From an uncultured virus (IMG/VR IMGVR_UViG_3300050509_000576) (Duplodnaviria > Heunggongvirae > Uroviricota > Caudoviricetes), in IMG/VR virus record IMGVR_UViG_3300050509_000576: a DNA stretch of 64,000 bases; one strand, 5' to 3'. The translations under genes were made by a program, and so were the position numbers. Shown piece after piece: positions 17,619-27,743 of this stretch (the first letter of the stretch is position 1; each line of letters opens with the position of its first letter). The notes beneath the pieces are model-generated. The model searched no databases. It was given only the letters and a program-made list of their open reading frames with translations, and was not told where the DNA came from.

Positions 17619-18458
17619 TTGGGCAGTTTATCTAATTATGCGGAAGACCAGTTGCTTCAGCACGTGTTCAATGTTGCATATACCTCTGTGGCCACAGTCT
17701 ATGTGGCCCTCTCGACCGGCACCCTGACCGATACGTCCACCGGCGCCAGCATGAGTGAAGTCGCCAATGCCAATGGGTATGCGCGCACGGCCGTTACGTT
17801 TGGTGCGGCGGCCCTACGTAAGGTCATGCAGAGCGGCGCCGTGACCTTTCCGCAGGCCTCGGGGGCCTGGGGCACGGTGACGGACTGGGCCATTGTCGAT
17901 ACCAACACCTACGGCGCGGGCAATATCCTGGCCTACGGCTCCTTTACCGCGTCCTTTGCGCCCGTGACCGGGAATACGCCAACCATTCCGAGCGGGGAGC
18001 TTCAGGTCATCTTCAATGCGTCGTCCGGCGCGGGGTTTGTTGATGTCTGCGTACATCTACTCCTGAACCGCATGTTCCGCAACCAGGCATATACCAAGCC
18101 GGCTACGTACATTGCCCTTGCGACGGCAACGATTGCGGATACGGCGGCAACCGAGGCGAATGTGACAGAGGTGAGCACTGCGGCGACCGGGTACTCACGC
18201 AAACTTGTCAATATCTCAGGCGGAGCCGCCCCGAAGTGGAATACGGCGAGCGGTGGTGTCGTCACGAATGCTGACGCGATCACGTTTACGACGCCGACGG
18301 CCTCGTGGGGCACGATTACGAGCTGCTTTATTATCGACAGCGCGAGCGGTGCCGGGAACATTATTGGGTATGACAACGGCAACATCGTCGATCAGCCTGT
18401 TGCGGCGAGTGATACTGTGCAATTTGATATTGCAGCTTTTTCGATCAGCCTATCCTAG
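17619..18458 (+). CDS. Tail-associated protein with a duplicated domain
   Basis: TTG start after AAGGAG; two copies of Y.AL.T..EV..GY.R..F..A...WGT.T..I.D...GN. Confidence 0.7.
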   Translation: MGSLSNYAEDQLLQHVFNVAYTSVATVYVALSTGTLTDTSTGASMSEVANANGYARTAVTFGAAALRKVMQSGAVTFPQASGAWGTVTDWAIVDTNTYGAGNILAYGSFTASFAPVTGNTPTIPSGELQVIFNASSGAGFVDVCVHLLLNRMFRNQAYTKPATYIALATATIADTAATEANVTEVSTAATGYSRKLVNISGGAAPKWNTASGGVVTNADAITFTTPTASWGTITSCFIIDSASGAGNIIGYDNGNIVDQPVAASDTVQFDIAAFSISLS

Positions 18459-18562
18459 TCTCTTTGCTCATTCGTAGCCGCTGGGCCTTGGTGGTATCTC
18501 TGCTGTGTGCGGCTCAGCCGTGCCGGACCCCTCATGCCTTCCCCTAGGGCAGGATCACGCCT

Positions 18563-20182
18563 ATGCCGGTGCACGGTCGCAGCTTCGTGTATCATGCCCT
18601 GCTCCTGCATGGGCGCCCCGCCGCCCCTACGGTCCGGTTGCTCACTGCCGCGCTGGTGGGCGCCAGTACCACTCCCACCAGCGGGGGGGCCTTGACCCGG
18701 CGCCTCACCGCGGCCCTGCCGCCCACCAGTACGACCCTCGCCATCCAGACGACGACGACCCGGCGCCTCACCGCTGCCCCAAGTCCTGCGAGCCAGACCC
18801 CGCCTGCCGCGGCCTCCCAGACGCGGCGGCTCAGTACAGCGTTGCTCGGGAGTAGTACCACTCCAGCGAGTCTGCAGACGAGTACGCGGCGGCTGACGGC
18901 CACGCTGCCTGGAGCTAGTACGACCCCCGCGAGTGCCCGGACGACGGTGCGCCGGCTCACAGGGGCCCTGGCGGGGAGCAGTGCCACGCCCACGAGTGCG
19001 CAGACGAGCGTGCGCCGTCTCCAGGCCGTGCTACCTGCGGCGAGTACGACGCCCAGTGCCTCAGCACTCCTGCTCACGCTGCGCCACCTCACGGCGGCGC
19101 TGAGTGGCCAGAGCACCACGCCGACCAGTGCACGGACCCTCATGCGGCGCGTGACGGCGGCGGTTGCGGCGGCCAGTACGACCCCGACGAGTGCGCCGAC
19201 CGTCCTGCGGCGCCTCGTGGCAGTCCAGGCGGGTACGAGTACGACGCCGGCCGCCCAGGCCGTGGTGACCGCGCTCCGATCGCTGACGGCGGCCCTGAGT
19301 GGCGCGAGTGCCACGCCCACGGCGGCTCGCACGCTCGCACGACGCCTGACGACCGCCGTCCTCGGGGCCAGTACGACCCCCGCCGCGACCACGACAATCA
19401 CCCGGCGCCTCACGACGAGCATGAGCGGGGCGAGCACGACGCCAGCGGCGACGGCCACCATGGGCGTCCTGCGGCATCTCACCGCGCAACTCACATCCAG
19501 CAGTACGACCCCGGCCAGCGCGCGGACCCTCGTCCGTCGCCTTCAGAGTACGGTCCTGGGGACGAGTCTCACGCCCACGGCCACCGCCAGCCTAGGCGCC
19601 GTGCGCTCCCTCACGGCGACGCTGACGCTCACGAGTACCACGCCCGCCAGTACGCGCCAACTGGCACGACGGCTCCAGGCTCTGGTCAGTAGCCCCAGCC
19701 AGACGTCGCTGGCCCAGGCCGTGAGCCTCCGGCGCCTGACGGCCCTCCTGGCGTCTACGAGTCTCACGCCACCCGCGAGCCCGGGCTATGTGCGCGTGCT
19801 GCAGGCCACGCTCGCTATCGTCAGCCAGACGCCGCTTGCGGCGCCGGTCCTGGTGCGCGCTCTGGCGGCAGCGCTTCTCGCCGTGAGTCAGGCGCCGCCC
19901 AGCGTGCAGGCGACGCTTCGCGCGCTCCTGAGTGGGCTCGTCGGCAGTAGCGCGACACCGCCTGCGCATACGAGTATGCTCGAAATGCCCGTGGTCCTGA
20001 TGGGGACGGGCGCCATGCTGCAGCGGACAGGCCAGGCAACAACTACCACGCTGACGCGCAGCCAGGCGATAGGCACGCTTACCCGGACGAGTCCTCGTAG
20101 CAGTCCGACCTTGCGGCGTGGCGACGGCCAGGCGGGCACCCTCCGGCGCACCGCGTTGCCCCGCGATCCTGACTTGAGGTGA
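18563..20182 (+). CDS. Ala/Thr/Ser-rich repeat protein
   Basis: About 20 repeats of RRLTAAL.G.STTP.S (about 21-24 aa). Confidence 0.7.
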   Translation: MPVHGRSFVYHALLLHGRPAAPTVRLLTAALVGASTTPTSGGALTRRLTAALPPTSTTLAIQTTTTRRLTAAPSPASQTPPAAASQTRRLSTALLGSSTTPASLQTSTRRLTATLPGASTTPASARTTVRRLTGALAGSSATPTSAQTSVRRLQAVLPAASTTPSASALLLTLRHLTAALSGQSTTPTSARTLMRRVTAAVAAASTTPTSAPTVLRRLVAVQAGTSTTPAAQAVVTALRSLTAALSGASATPTAARTLARRLTTAVLGASTTPAATTTITRRLTTSMSGASTTPAATATMGVLRHLTAQLTSSSTTPASARTLVRRLQSTVLGTSLTPTATASLGAVRSLTATLTLTSTTPASTRQLARRLQALVSSPSQTSLAQAVSLRRLTALLASTSLTPPASPGYVRVLQATLAIVSQTPLAAPVLVRALAAALLAVSQAPPSVQATLRALLSGLVGSSATPPAHTSMLEMPVVLMGTGAMLQRTGQATTTTLTRSQAIGTLTRTSPRSSPTLRRGDGQAGTLRRTALPRDPDLR

Positions 20183-20256
20183 TACTATGATATAATGAGG
20201 AGGTAAGGCTTTCGCGCTTGCCTTCTGGGACAGGCGAGGATTGAAACAGGTGACCT

Positions 20257-20649
20257 ATGCCCACGATTCCCTTGTTATCGACGACCCTGCTCGAAGCCAC
20301 GACCGGCCTCCTCACCTTTACGCTGGTCGATAGCGACGGCGCGGGCGTGCCCGTGTCCATGCTGACCACGGTGACGCTGACGTACTACGACGTGATCAGT
20401 GGCACGATCGTCAATGCCCGCAACGCGCAAAATGTGCTCAATGCCAATGATGTGAGTATCGTGACGGCAGGTTCGCCAGCCGTGACGACCATCGAATGGC
20501 AGATTCAGCCCGCCGATACGGTAATGGTGGATCCGGAGCTCGCGCTAGAGTACCGCGTGGCACAATTCCGCTGGACCTGGGACAGCGGCACGCGTCATGA
20601 TGCCTATCAGGTACAGTTTGGCGTGGAGAACCTCGCGTTTGTGGTCTGA
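20257..20649 (+). CDS. Putative tail/baseplate-associated protein
   Basis: FTL.DSDG..V, W...P.DT...Y..QF..TW pattern. Confidence 0.55.
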   Translation: MPTIPLLSTTLLEATTGLLTFTLVDSDGAGVPVSMLTTVTLTYYDVISGTIVNARNAQNVLNANDVSIVTAGSPAVTTIEWQIQPADTVMVDPELALEYRVAQFRWTWDSGTRHDAYQVQFGVENLAFVV

Positions 20650-20736
20650 GGGGAGGCCCACAAAAAAGAGGTGTCATTTGTGTGCGGCTATGCTAGTCTC
20701 ACGCTATCGACTGAGGAGGTAGCTCGGGATGCTAGT

Positions 20737-20858
20737 CTGTTCCCCGCGCGCGCGGGGATGAACCGTACACACTGACCTTTTTCATAGCACCTAGTATCTG
20801 TTCCCCGCGTGCGCGGGGATGAACCGAACCACCTCTGCACATCATACACGGTAGTCAC
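20737..20858 (+). CRISPR. Mini CRISPR array B, type I-E-like
   Basis: Repeats CTGTTCCCCGCGCGCGCGGGGATGAACCG (20737-20765) and CTGTTCCCCGCGTGCGCGGGGATGAACCG (20798-20826); 32-nt spacer; trailing putative spacer. Confidence 0.9.
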
Positions 20859-20888
20859 TGGTCGCCTGATGACCTTCAGGTAACACAT

Positions 20889-20947
20889 ACCGCCGCAGTT
20901 AAGCGAGAACCTCACCCCTCTCGCTGCTGTCGGCGGTTTTGTCTTTC
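20889..20947 (+). terminator. Hairpin/terminator downstream of mini-array B
   Basis: ACCGCCG...CGGCGGT stem followed by T-rich sequence. Confidence 0.55.
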
Positions 20948-20960
20948 TGGAGGCTTTCTC

Positions 20961-21203
20961 ATGGCAGACGCCCCCTATCTGGCTGAATCCTGGTCCGGTC
21001 TCATCCAATTCCGCTGTCCCGCCTGTGGCTACGATACGCTGCTCCAACCGCGCATTGATGCCCACATGGCGCAGTGTCCCCGCTACCAGGAGGCCCTCCA
21101 CGCGAGCACGCTGCGTGCAGGCGAACCGCCCGCGCCACCGCCCCCCGAGCCTGACCCGGATGAGGAGCCCGAACCGGCGCAGCCGACGCCTGCGGGGGCG
21201 TAA
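20961..21203 (+). CDS. Small zinc-finger protein
   Basis: CPAC..H...C; GGAGG RBS. Confidence 0.6.
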   Translation: MADAPYLAESWSGLIQFRCPACGYDTLLQPRIDAHMAQCPRYQEALHASTLRAGEPPAPPPPEPDPDEEPEPAQPTPAGA

Positions 21204-21206
21204 GCC

Positions 21207-21863
21207 ATGCCCACCCAAGCCATTTCTGCGTTTGGGATCGCCTTGCGCCTGGGCGATGGGATCGCGGCTGTTTTGAATATTACCGCCGCCACGAATGCCA
21301 CGCCGATTGTGATTACAACCAGCGCTGTCCACGGCATTGTCGATGTATCCAAAGTTACCGTAACGGGCGTGCTGGGCAATACGGGGGCGAACGGCAGCTG
21401 GATTGCCGAGGCCGTCACGCCGACCACGGCGCGGCTGCGCGGTTCGGTCGGGAACGGGGCCTACACGTCGGGTGGGGTCTTCACCTTAGATAGTACGTAT
21501 GCAACTATTGCCGAAGTGACGGATATTCAGGACGCGGGCATTATGGCGTCGGTCATAGACGTATCTGCGCACGACGGCATAGGCGGCTGGGGCTCGCAAA
21601 TCCCGACCATGCTCTCCAATAACAGCATGCGCCTCGTCGTCAACCACGTCCCCGAACATCCTACGCATGATGAAGTCACGGGTTTACTCTATCTGATGGA
21701 AAACCGCATTCGCCGGCCCTATTTGCTTGTACTGCCTAATGCAACCAAGACAACATGGTGGTTCTCTGGTTATTGTGTCGGCTGGCGTGATCAGGCACCG
21801 ATGGCTGGGGCACTGACGGCGCAAGTCACGTTTGAATTTCCTGACGCGCCGATTTTGGCGTAA
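21207..21863 (+). CDS. Tail tube protein paralog with an inserted beta domain
   Basis: IAEVTDI..IDVSAHD..W..IPT..L tube motifs; insert ITAATNATPIVITTSAVHG. Confidence 0.7.
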   Translation: MPTQAISAFGIALRLGDGIAAVLNITAATNATPIVITTSAVHGIVDVSKVTVTGVLGNTGANGSWIAEAVTPTTARLRGSVGNGAYTSGGVFTLDSTYATIAEVTDIQDAGIMASVIDVSAHDGIGGWGSQIPTMLSNNSMRLVVNHVPEHPTHDEVTGLLYLMENRIRRPYLLVLPNATKTTWWFSGYCVGWRDQAPMAGALTAQVTFEFPDAPILA

Positions 21864-21878
21864 CAGAAAGGATGCGTT

Positions 21879-22280
21879 ATGCCAACCCAGGCGATTGCGG
21901 CAACTGGCCTTATTATCAATATGGCGGGGACGCCCATACCCGAAATCACGAACGCCTCTGAGATTGGGGCGCAGTTCAATGTGGTGGACGTATCTGCACA
22001 CGATGGTGGTAATTGGGCTAGTAAGATTCCTACTCTATTAGACGGTGGCACGATCCGCGTCTCGGCGAACTTTGTTCCTGCCAATGCGCAGCATGTGGCC
22101 CTGCGGACGGCGATGATTAACCGGGCCTCGACGGCGTTTACCGTCCGGTTTCCCAATGTCGGCGCCACGACCTGGAGCTTTAATGCGTTCGTGACGCGCT
22201 ATCGCATCCCGTCTGCGCCCGTCAACGGCGCCTTACCGCTGGAATTTGAACTGACCGTAGATGGGGCTATCACTTTTTGA
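21879..22280 (+). CDS. Major tail tube protein
   Basis: VDVSAHD..IPTL.DGG.I....NF.P, W.F.AFV, LTVDG. Confidence 0.8.
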   Translation: MPTQAIAATGLIINMAGTPIPEITNASEIGAQFNVVDVSAHDGGNWASKIPTLLDGGTIRVSANFVPANAQHVALRTAMINRASTAFTVRFPNVGATTWSFNAFVTRYRIPSAPVNGALPLEFELTVDGAITF

Positions 22281-22322
22281 AATATACTATTTTCGATTCA
22301 ATCATCACAAAGAGAACGCGGC

Positions 22323-22658
22323 ATGATTGATGTCAGCATCACCATGACGGTGCATGTCCCGGAACTCATTACGGTAGGAGAACTCCTGGTGGCAGAACTC
22401 AGCGGGATTCACGAAGCCTTAACCGCCCTCGGCACCAATCAGGCCGATGGTCAAGCGGCGCTCTCGGCCCACTTGACCGCGATTGAAGAAGAGATCCGAC
22501 AATTGGGGGAGTCGCCAAGTCAGGCGGACTTGGATGCCATCGCCAATCAAATTCATGAGGCGGCCGGCGTCTCGGCGAAAGCCGCAGAGGACCTCCGGCA
22601 GATGACGGAGCAGGTAAAGGGCATGGTCCCGGATGCCCCCGCTTCGCCCCCGGCGTAG
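22323..22658 (+). CDS. Hypothetical coiled-coil protein
   Basis: ORF within the tail operon. Confidence 0.55.
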   Translation: MIDVSITMTVHVPELITVGELLVAELSGIHEALTALGTNQADGQAALSAHLTAIEEEIRQLGESPSQADLDAIANQIHEAAGVSAKAAEDLRQMTEQVKGMVPDAPASPPA

Positions 22659-22667
22659 GAGACGTGT

Positions 22668-23144
22668 ATGCCGTCTCTGGTTGCCCTCGTGCCCGTCGAC
22701 CTCGATAAGCCACGCCAGCTGCTCTTTACCCGGGCGGCGGTCAAGACGATTGAACTGCGCCTGACCCAGATCTGGGGCCGCGATTATACCTTCTTTGAGG
22801 CCGTCCGGCGGCTCAGTGAAATGCTCCTCGATAACGACCTGAGCAAGCTCTCGTTTGTGAATATTAGCGTGCTCCTGTGGCAGGGCTGCGTCCATGAAGA
22901 CCCGGCGTTGACACTCACGCAAGTCGAAGAGGCCCTGCCCTATGCGGATCCTACGGGGCTCATTCCCTACGTAGGGCTCATCCTCCAAGCCTGGAGCAAT
23001 ACGAGCCCGCTGGCGGTGGGAGGCGCCGTGCCCGCCGAGGCGGAGGCCACCGATACCGACCCTTTGGGCGCATCGACTGGGGCAAGCTCTGGGCCTTTGA
23101 ACGGACCTGCCTTGGTGTCAGCGACGGCGAGTTCTGGGGCATGA
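22668..23144 (+). CDS. Tail assembly chaperone (G-like)
   Basis: Upstream of the tape measure gene; slippery CCCTTTG at 23060-23066. Confidence 0.75.
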   Translation: MPSLVALVPVDLDKPRQLLFTRAAVKTIELRLTQIWGRDYTFFEAVRRLSEMLLDNDLSKLSFVNISVLLWQGCVHEDPALTLTQVEEALPYADPTGLIPYVGLILQAWSNTSPLAVGGAVPAEAEATDTDPLGASTGASSGPLNGPALVSATASSGA

Positions 23145-23416
23145 CATTCCTCGAAGGGCATCTGCTGGCGGAGGCGTACTGGCAGCAGCAGGCCCGGCAG
23201 GTGCGCCCCATGGCGATGCTGCTCCAGGCGTACTGGAACGTGCACCGCGATACCGATCAGCGCCGCGACCCGTTTACGCTCGAAGACATGCTCGCAGTCT
23301 TAGGGTATCCCGAGCCGCCACCGCCGCCTCCACCACCTCCAAACCTGGAAGCGATGCAGGAGCGGATCGGGATACTGCATAGCTTATATACGGCCAATGG
23401 AGAAAGAAAGGTCTAG
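23060..23416 (+). CDS. Tail assembly chaperone extension (T-like, -1 frameshift product)
   Basis: -1 frame from CCCTTTG is open (..LGVSDGEFWGMTF..) and continues into ORF 23141-23416. Confidence 0.7.
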   Translation, partial: PFGRIDWGKLWAFERTCLGVSDGEFWGMTFLEGHLLAEAYWQQQARQVRPMAMLLQAYWNVHRDTDQRRDPFTLEDMLAVLGYPEPPPPPPPPPNLEAMQERIGILHSLYTANGERKV

Positions 23417-23418
23417 TC

Positions 23419-26400
23419 TTGGCAGAGATTTTGGTAGGAGATGTAGTAGCCCGATTAAGACTAGACGCCAGTGGCTTTGACCAGGCGCTGACGCAGGCCC
23501 AGCAACGCCTCGCGCAGCTGACCCAAACCATGGGCCAGGTGCAGCAGCAGCAGCAAGGTGGCCAGCAATCGACGGCGCAACTCTCGCAAGCCTATCTCGC
23601 CCTCGCCCAGAGTATTACTGAGCAAACCCAGGCCTACAGCCAAGCCCAAAGCGCTGCCCTCCAGTACAAGCAAGCCCAAGATCAAATCCGGGAAGCCACC
23701 CGGCAACAGCAAGTAGCGACCCGGGCGGCGGCTACGGACGCGCAGCAAGCCTCGCAGGACGTGGTAGCGGCGGCGCAACGAGCTGCCCAAGCCCAACAAG
23801 CGGCGGTGCAGCAACAACAAGTCGGGGCGCGGACGGCGGCGACGGAAGCCCGCCAAGCGGCACAGGAAGTCGCGGCGGCGGTGCAGCGTGCCGCGCAAGC
23901 CCAACAAGCGGCGGCGCAGCAACAACAAGTCGCGGTGCGTATCGCTGCCAATGAAGCCCGCCAAGCCGCGCAGGAAGTCGCGTCCGCCGCCCAGCGGGCC
24001 GCGCAAGTCCAACAAGCCGCGGTGCAGCAACAGCAAGTAGCAGCCCGCCAAGCAGCCCAAGAGGCACGCCAGGCAGCCCAAGAAGTCGCGGCAGCTGCCC
24101 AGCGGTCGGCGCAAGCCCAACAGGCGGCCGTGCAGCAACAGCAAGTCGGGGCGCGCCAAGCGGCCCAGGAGGCGCGGCAGCTCGCCCAAGAGACCGCGCG
24201 GGTCCAACGGGAGGCCATGCAAGACGCGGCGCAGGGGGCGGGACGGCTGGGCGCGGCCCTGAGTACGGCGCTCAGTGTGGCCGGGGGCATCGGGATTGCC
24301 ACCAGTATTGGCGCCATCATCGGTCAGATGAAAGAGTTGGCGACGAGTATCGTCGCCGTGGGCATCCAATTCCAGCAACTACGGCAACAATTTACCGCGA
24401 TCCAGGGCGTGAGCGCCGGCGCTGCGGCCTTCCAGCAGATGATCAACTTAGCGCAGCGGTTGGGGATCGAAGTCCTGCCGCTCGCCGAAAACTTCCGGCG
24501 GTTTGATGCCGCGACCCGTGGGACGTCTATTCAGGGTGAGCAGGCTGCCCGCATCTTTGAAAACATGGTCGTGGGCATGCGGGCCATGGGGGCTAGCTCG
24601 CAGCAGACCGAGCGCGGCCTCCTCGCCCTCCAGCAGATGGTATCCAAAGGCATCGTCTCGCAGGAAGAACTGCGGCAGCAACTCGCCGAGGCCATTCCGG
24701 GGGCTACGCAGATTGCGGCGCGGGCCTTTGGGATGACGACCCAAGAACTCAATAAGATGATCGAGAAGGGGACGGACAGTATTGAGTTTGCCCGGCGCTT
24801 CAGTGAGCGATTTCGCATGGAGTTCGGCACGGCCGTGGCGACCGCGGTGGATACGGCTGCGGCGGCGTTTCAGCGCTTGGCCAATGAGATCAAACTGGCC
24901 GGAGAAACGATCGCCGCCTCCGGGCTCCTCGATACGCTGCGGAGCATGGCCGAGGCCGCCACGACGCTCCTGGCCACCGTCCGCAAGGCGCAGGAGGAAC
25001 GCAGCCGGGAAGCGGGTCCCCCGGTCGGCGCCCTCCCGCAAGGGGGCATGGGCTTGCCGCCCGCCATTCGGGAGCGGCAAGCCGAGTTACAGCGCTTGCA
25101 AGAGCAGATTACGGGCGCCCAGGCGGCGCAATTGGTCGAGGGCATGCTGCCCGGCTTTGCGGGACCGATTACGGCGGAGGAGCGGCGGGCCATTCGGGAC
25201 CGGCTCCAAGCCCTCCAGGCCGAACAAGCCAAGGCGATGGCCGAGTTTCAACAGAAACTGCAAGCGGAAGGCTTTGGACCGGGGGGGCAAGTCGGCTTTA
25301 AGTTCGAGATTGCGGCGGACGAACGGCCGCTGCAAGCAGCGGAAGACCGCTTGGCGAAAATCCTGGAACAAGGGCGCCAGCAACTGCGCGATATTGACCT
25401 GAATGCCCCGTTTCTCTCCGCGCTGGACGTGGCGGACCAGAAGTTCAAAGCCTGGGAAAAGACGCTCAAGGCCGTGCAGGAGGAAATTGGCAAACTCGGG
25501 GAAGGGCTGCGCCGCACGATCACGCCGAGTGGGGCGCCCAACTCGCTCGACGCGCTGATTGAGCGGATCGCCGGCGAAAAAGGGCTCGATCCGACCCTCA
25601 TGCGTGCCTTAGTCGAGCAGGAATCCGGTTTTAATCCGCAGGCCGTCTCCCGTGCGGGGGCGCGGGGGCTCATGCAACTCATGCCCGGGACCGCCGCCGC
25701 GTATGGCGCCGGGGGCCGGGAGTTCGATCCCGAAACCAATCTGCGCGCCGGCATGACGTATTTTGCCGAGCTCCTCCAGAAATTTAACGGCAACGTCGAG
25801 CGCGCCCTCACCGCCTATAATGCCGGGCCAGCTCGCGGGGGTATTCCGCTCCCGACCGGGGAAAACGCGACCTTTGCGCAGGATGTTCTCCGGCGCATGC
25901 CGCAGACCATGCAGGGCATGCTCGACGCCGCCGGGCGCCAGCAACGGGCATTGGAAGCGGGGCAAGAGGCGCAGACGCCCGACCGTGAGCGCATGCAGCA
26001 AACCATGGCGACGGGCCGCGAGGCCCTCCGGGCCATTGACGAGGAAGAGCGGCAGCAAGACGTCGACGCGCGCGAACGGCGCCAGCAGGCCATGGCGACG
26101 GGGCGCGAATATCTCCGTGCCCTCGACGAGGAAATGCGCAAGCGGGATCAGGCCGTCGAGAGTCTCAAGCGCTTAGAGCAGCAATACTCGCTCACGGCGG
26201 ATGCCCGCAAGGAAAGCGAGGCCGCGCGCCTCGCAGCCCAGTTTCCCCAGGATGAGGAAATCCAAAAACGGGCCGAAAACGTCCGGCTGCTCATTGAAGA
26301 AAAGCAAGCGATGGAGAGCAGTTTTGCGGCGATTAAGGCCCGCACGGATGCGCAGCGTCAGGCGCAAGAGACCGCCGACGCGATGACGCAGAGCATACAG

Positions 26401-27141
26401 GGCACGCTGGAACGCGTGCGGGCGCCGCGCGAGGAGCGGACCGAGGTCCGCCTCCGGGCGCAAGCGCGACGCCAAGGGGTGGAGTTGACGCCCGACGATG
26501 ACGCGCGCCTACGCGCCATTACCGCCCAAGAACGCTTTAACGAGATCATGCAAGTCACGGAGCGGATTGGCGACACGGTCGCGCAGACCCTCACGCAGGG
26601 CCTGCTCACGATTATTGATGGCACGCAGCGGGTGGGCGATGCGTTTAAGCTCATGACGAAAAGCATCCTCGACTCGATTGCGCAGATTACCCTCAATGAA
26701 GGGTTTAAGATGCTCATCCGCCTCGGGCTGACGGCGATTGGGACGGCGCTCGCTCCCGGGACGGCCGGCGCGGCCGCCGGGAATCAAGCGGCCCTCGGCA
26801 TTGCGCCGGGGACAACGTTTGTCCAGGCACAGGGCGGGGCCATTGTGAACCGCCCGACCGCCATCCTCGCCGGCGAAAACCCCGCGATGAATCCCGAATA
26901 CGTCCTCAATCGGCCGCAGATGCAAGCGCTCATGAGTGGGGCCATGCGTGCGGCGCCCACGGCCGGTGGGCAAGCAATGGGGGGCGTGACGGTGATCAAT
27001 GTAGCCAATCGCGAACAAGCGGCCCAAGAGGCCGCGCGGGAGAGAGCCCTCGGGAAAGCCGTCATCATCAACGAAGTGCTGAACGAAATCAGTCAAGGGT
27101 CGGGGTCGCGTATCGCGCGGACGTTACAAGCACTGCGATAA
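23419..27141 (+). CDS. Tape measure protein with lytic transglycosylase (SLT) domain
   Basis: AL.QMVSKG.V..EELRQQLAE.IPGA; SLT motifs QESGFNP.AVS.AGARGLMQLMP.TA and ALTAYNAG; 36-aa Gln/Ala repeats at 23701-24190. Confidence 0.92.
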   Translation: MAEILVGDVVARLRLDASGFDQALTQAQQRLAQLTQTMGQVQQQQQGGQQSTAQLSQAYLALAQSITEQTQAYSQAQSAALQYKQAQDQIREATRQQQVATRAAATDAQQASQDVVAAAQRAAQAQQAAVQQQQVGARTAATEARQAAQEVAAAVQRAAQAQQAAAQQQQVAVRIAANEARQAAQEVASAAQRAAQVQQAAVQQQQVAARQAAQEARQAAQEVAAAAQRSAQAQQAAVQQQQVGARQAAQEARQLAQETARVQREAMQDAAQGAGRLGAALSTALSVAGGIGIATSIGAIIGQMKELATSIVAVGIQFQQLRQQFTAIQGVSAGAAAFQQMINLAQRLGIEVLPLAENFRRFDAATRGTSIQGEQAARIFENMVVGMRAMGASSQQTERGLLALQQMVSKGIVSQEELRQQLAEAIPGATQIAARAFGMTTQELNKMIEKGTDSIEFARRFSERFRMEFGTAVATAVDTAAAAFQRLANEIKLAGETIAASGLLDTLRSMAEAATTLLATVRKAQEERSREAGPPVGALPQGGMGLPPAIRERQAELQRLQEQITGAQAAQLVEGMLPGFAGPITAEERRAIRDRLQALQAEQAKAMAEFQQKLQAEGFGPGGQVGFKFEIAADERPLQAAEDRLAKILEQGRQQLRDIDLNAPFLSALDVADQKFKAWEKTLKAVQEEIGKLGEGLRRTITPSGAPNSLDALIERIAGEKGLDPTLMRALVEQESGFNPQAVSRAGARGLMQLMPGTAAAYGAGGREFDPETNLRAGMTYFAELLQKFNGNVERALTAYNAGPARGGIPLPTGENATFAQDVLRRMPQTMQGMLDAAGRQQRALEAGQEAQTPDRERMQQTMATGREALRAIDEEERQQDVDARERRQQAMATGREYLRALDEEMRKRDQAVESLKRLEQQYSLTADARKESEAARLAAQFPQDEEIQKRAENVRLLIEEKQAMESSFAAIKARTDAQRQAQETADAMTQSIQGTLERVRAPREERTEVRLRAQARRQGVELTPDDDARLRAITAQERFNEIMQVTERIGDTVAQTLTQGLLTIIDGTQRVGDAFKLMTKSILDSIAQITLNEGFKMLIRLGLTAIGTALAPGTAGAAAGNQAALGIAPGTTFVQAQGGAIVNRPTAILAGENPAMNPEYVLNRPQMQALMSGAMRAAPTAGGQAMGGVTVINVANREQAAQEAARERALGKAVIINEVLNEISQGSGSRIARTLQALR

Positions 27142-27155
27142 GAAAGGTATAGCAA

Positions 27156-27743
27156 GTGCCGGTCTACCCGATTGATCCCATACCGTCGAGCATCTCCGTT
27201 GCCGCGATGCAAGATCCCATGCATACGTACCTGACCGACCAAGGCTATGAGGTGCGTCGGTCGAAGCATAGCCGGCCCTTGCGCCAGTATCAGCTGGAAT
27301 ACCTAGGGCTGACGACCCCGCAGATGCGCGTCCTACGGGACTTCCTGCTCCAGCAGCGTCTGGGCGTGCTGTCGTTTGAATGGCTGCACCGCACCGGGGG
27401 GGATCGCGTCAACTATAGCAATACGACGCCCGTAATCTGCACGCTCCAGCACAGCTACGTCACCAATCAGTGGCTCTGGATCAATGGCGCGACGCATGGC
27501 GGGCTGAACGGGTTCTGGACGCTGACGCGCTTCGATTCTACGAGCTTTGCGCTCAATGGCTCGGCAGCGCAGGGCGGGACGGGGAGTGCCATCGCCGTGC
27601 CGTATCTGCCCAATGCGACGGCCCGCTTTGCGCAAGATGTCATGGAACCTGCGGTGAAGTTGATTGGTCCCGAGGCGGCGGATGTGTTCACGCAAGGGCG
27701 CGGGCGATTTAACATGGTGGTACTTATTCAGGAACAGTTCTAA
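27156..27743 (+). CDS. Distal tail protein-like
   Basis: Follows the tape measure gene; G.E.RRS..RP.R..L.Y, F..F..G..SF.W. Confidence 0.65.
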   Translation: MPVYPIDPIPSSISVAAMQDPMHTYLTDQGYEVRRSKHSRPLRQYQLEYLGLTTPQMRVLRDFLLQQRLGVLSFEWLHRTGGDRVNYSNTTPVICTLQHSYVTNQWLWINGATHGGLNGFWTLTRFDSTSFALNGSAAQGGTGSAIAVPYLPNATARFAQDVMEPAVKLIGPEAADVFTQGRGRFNMVVLIQEQF

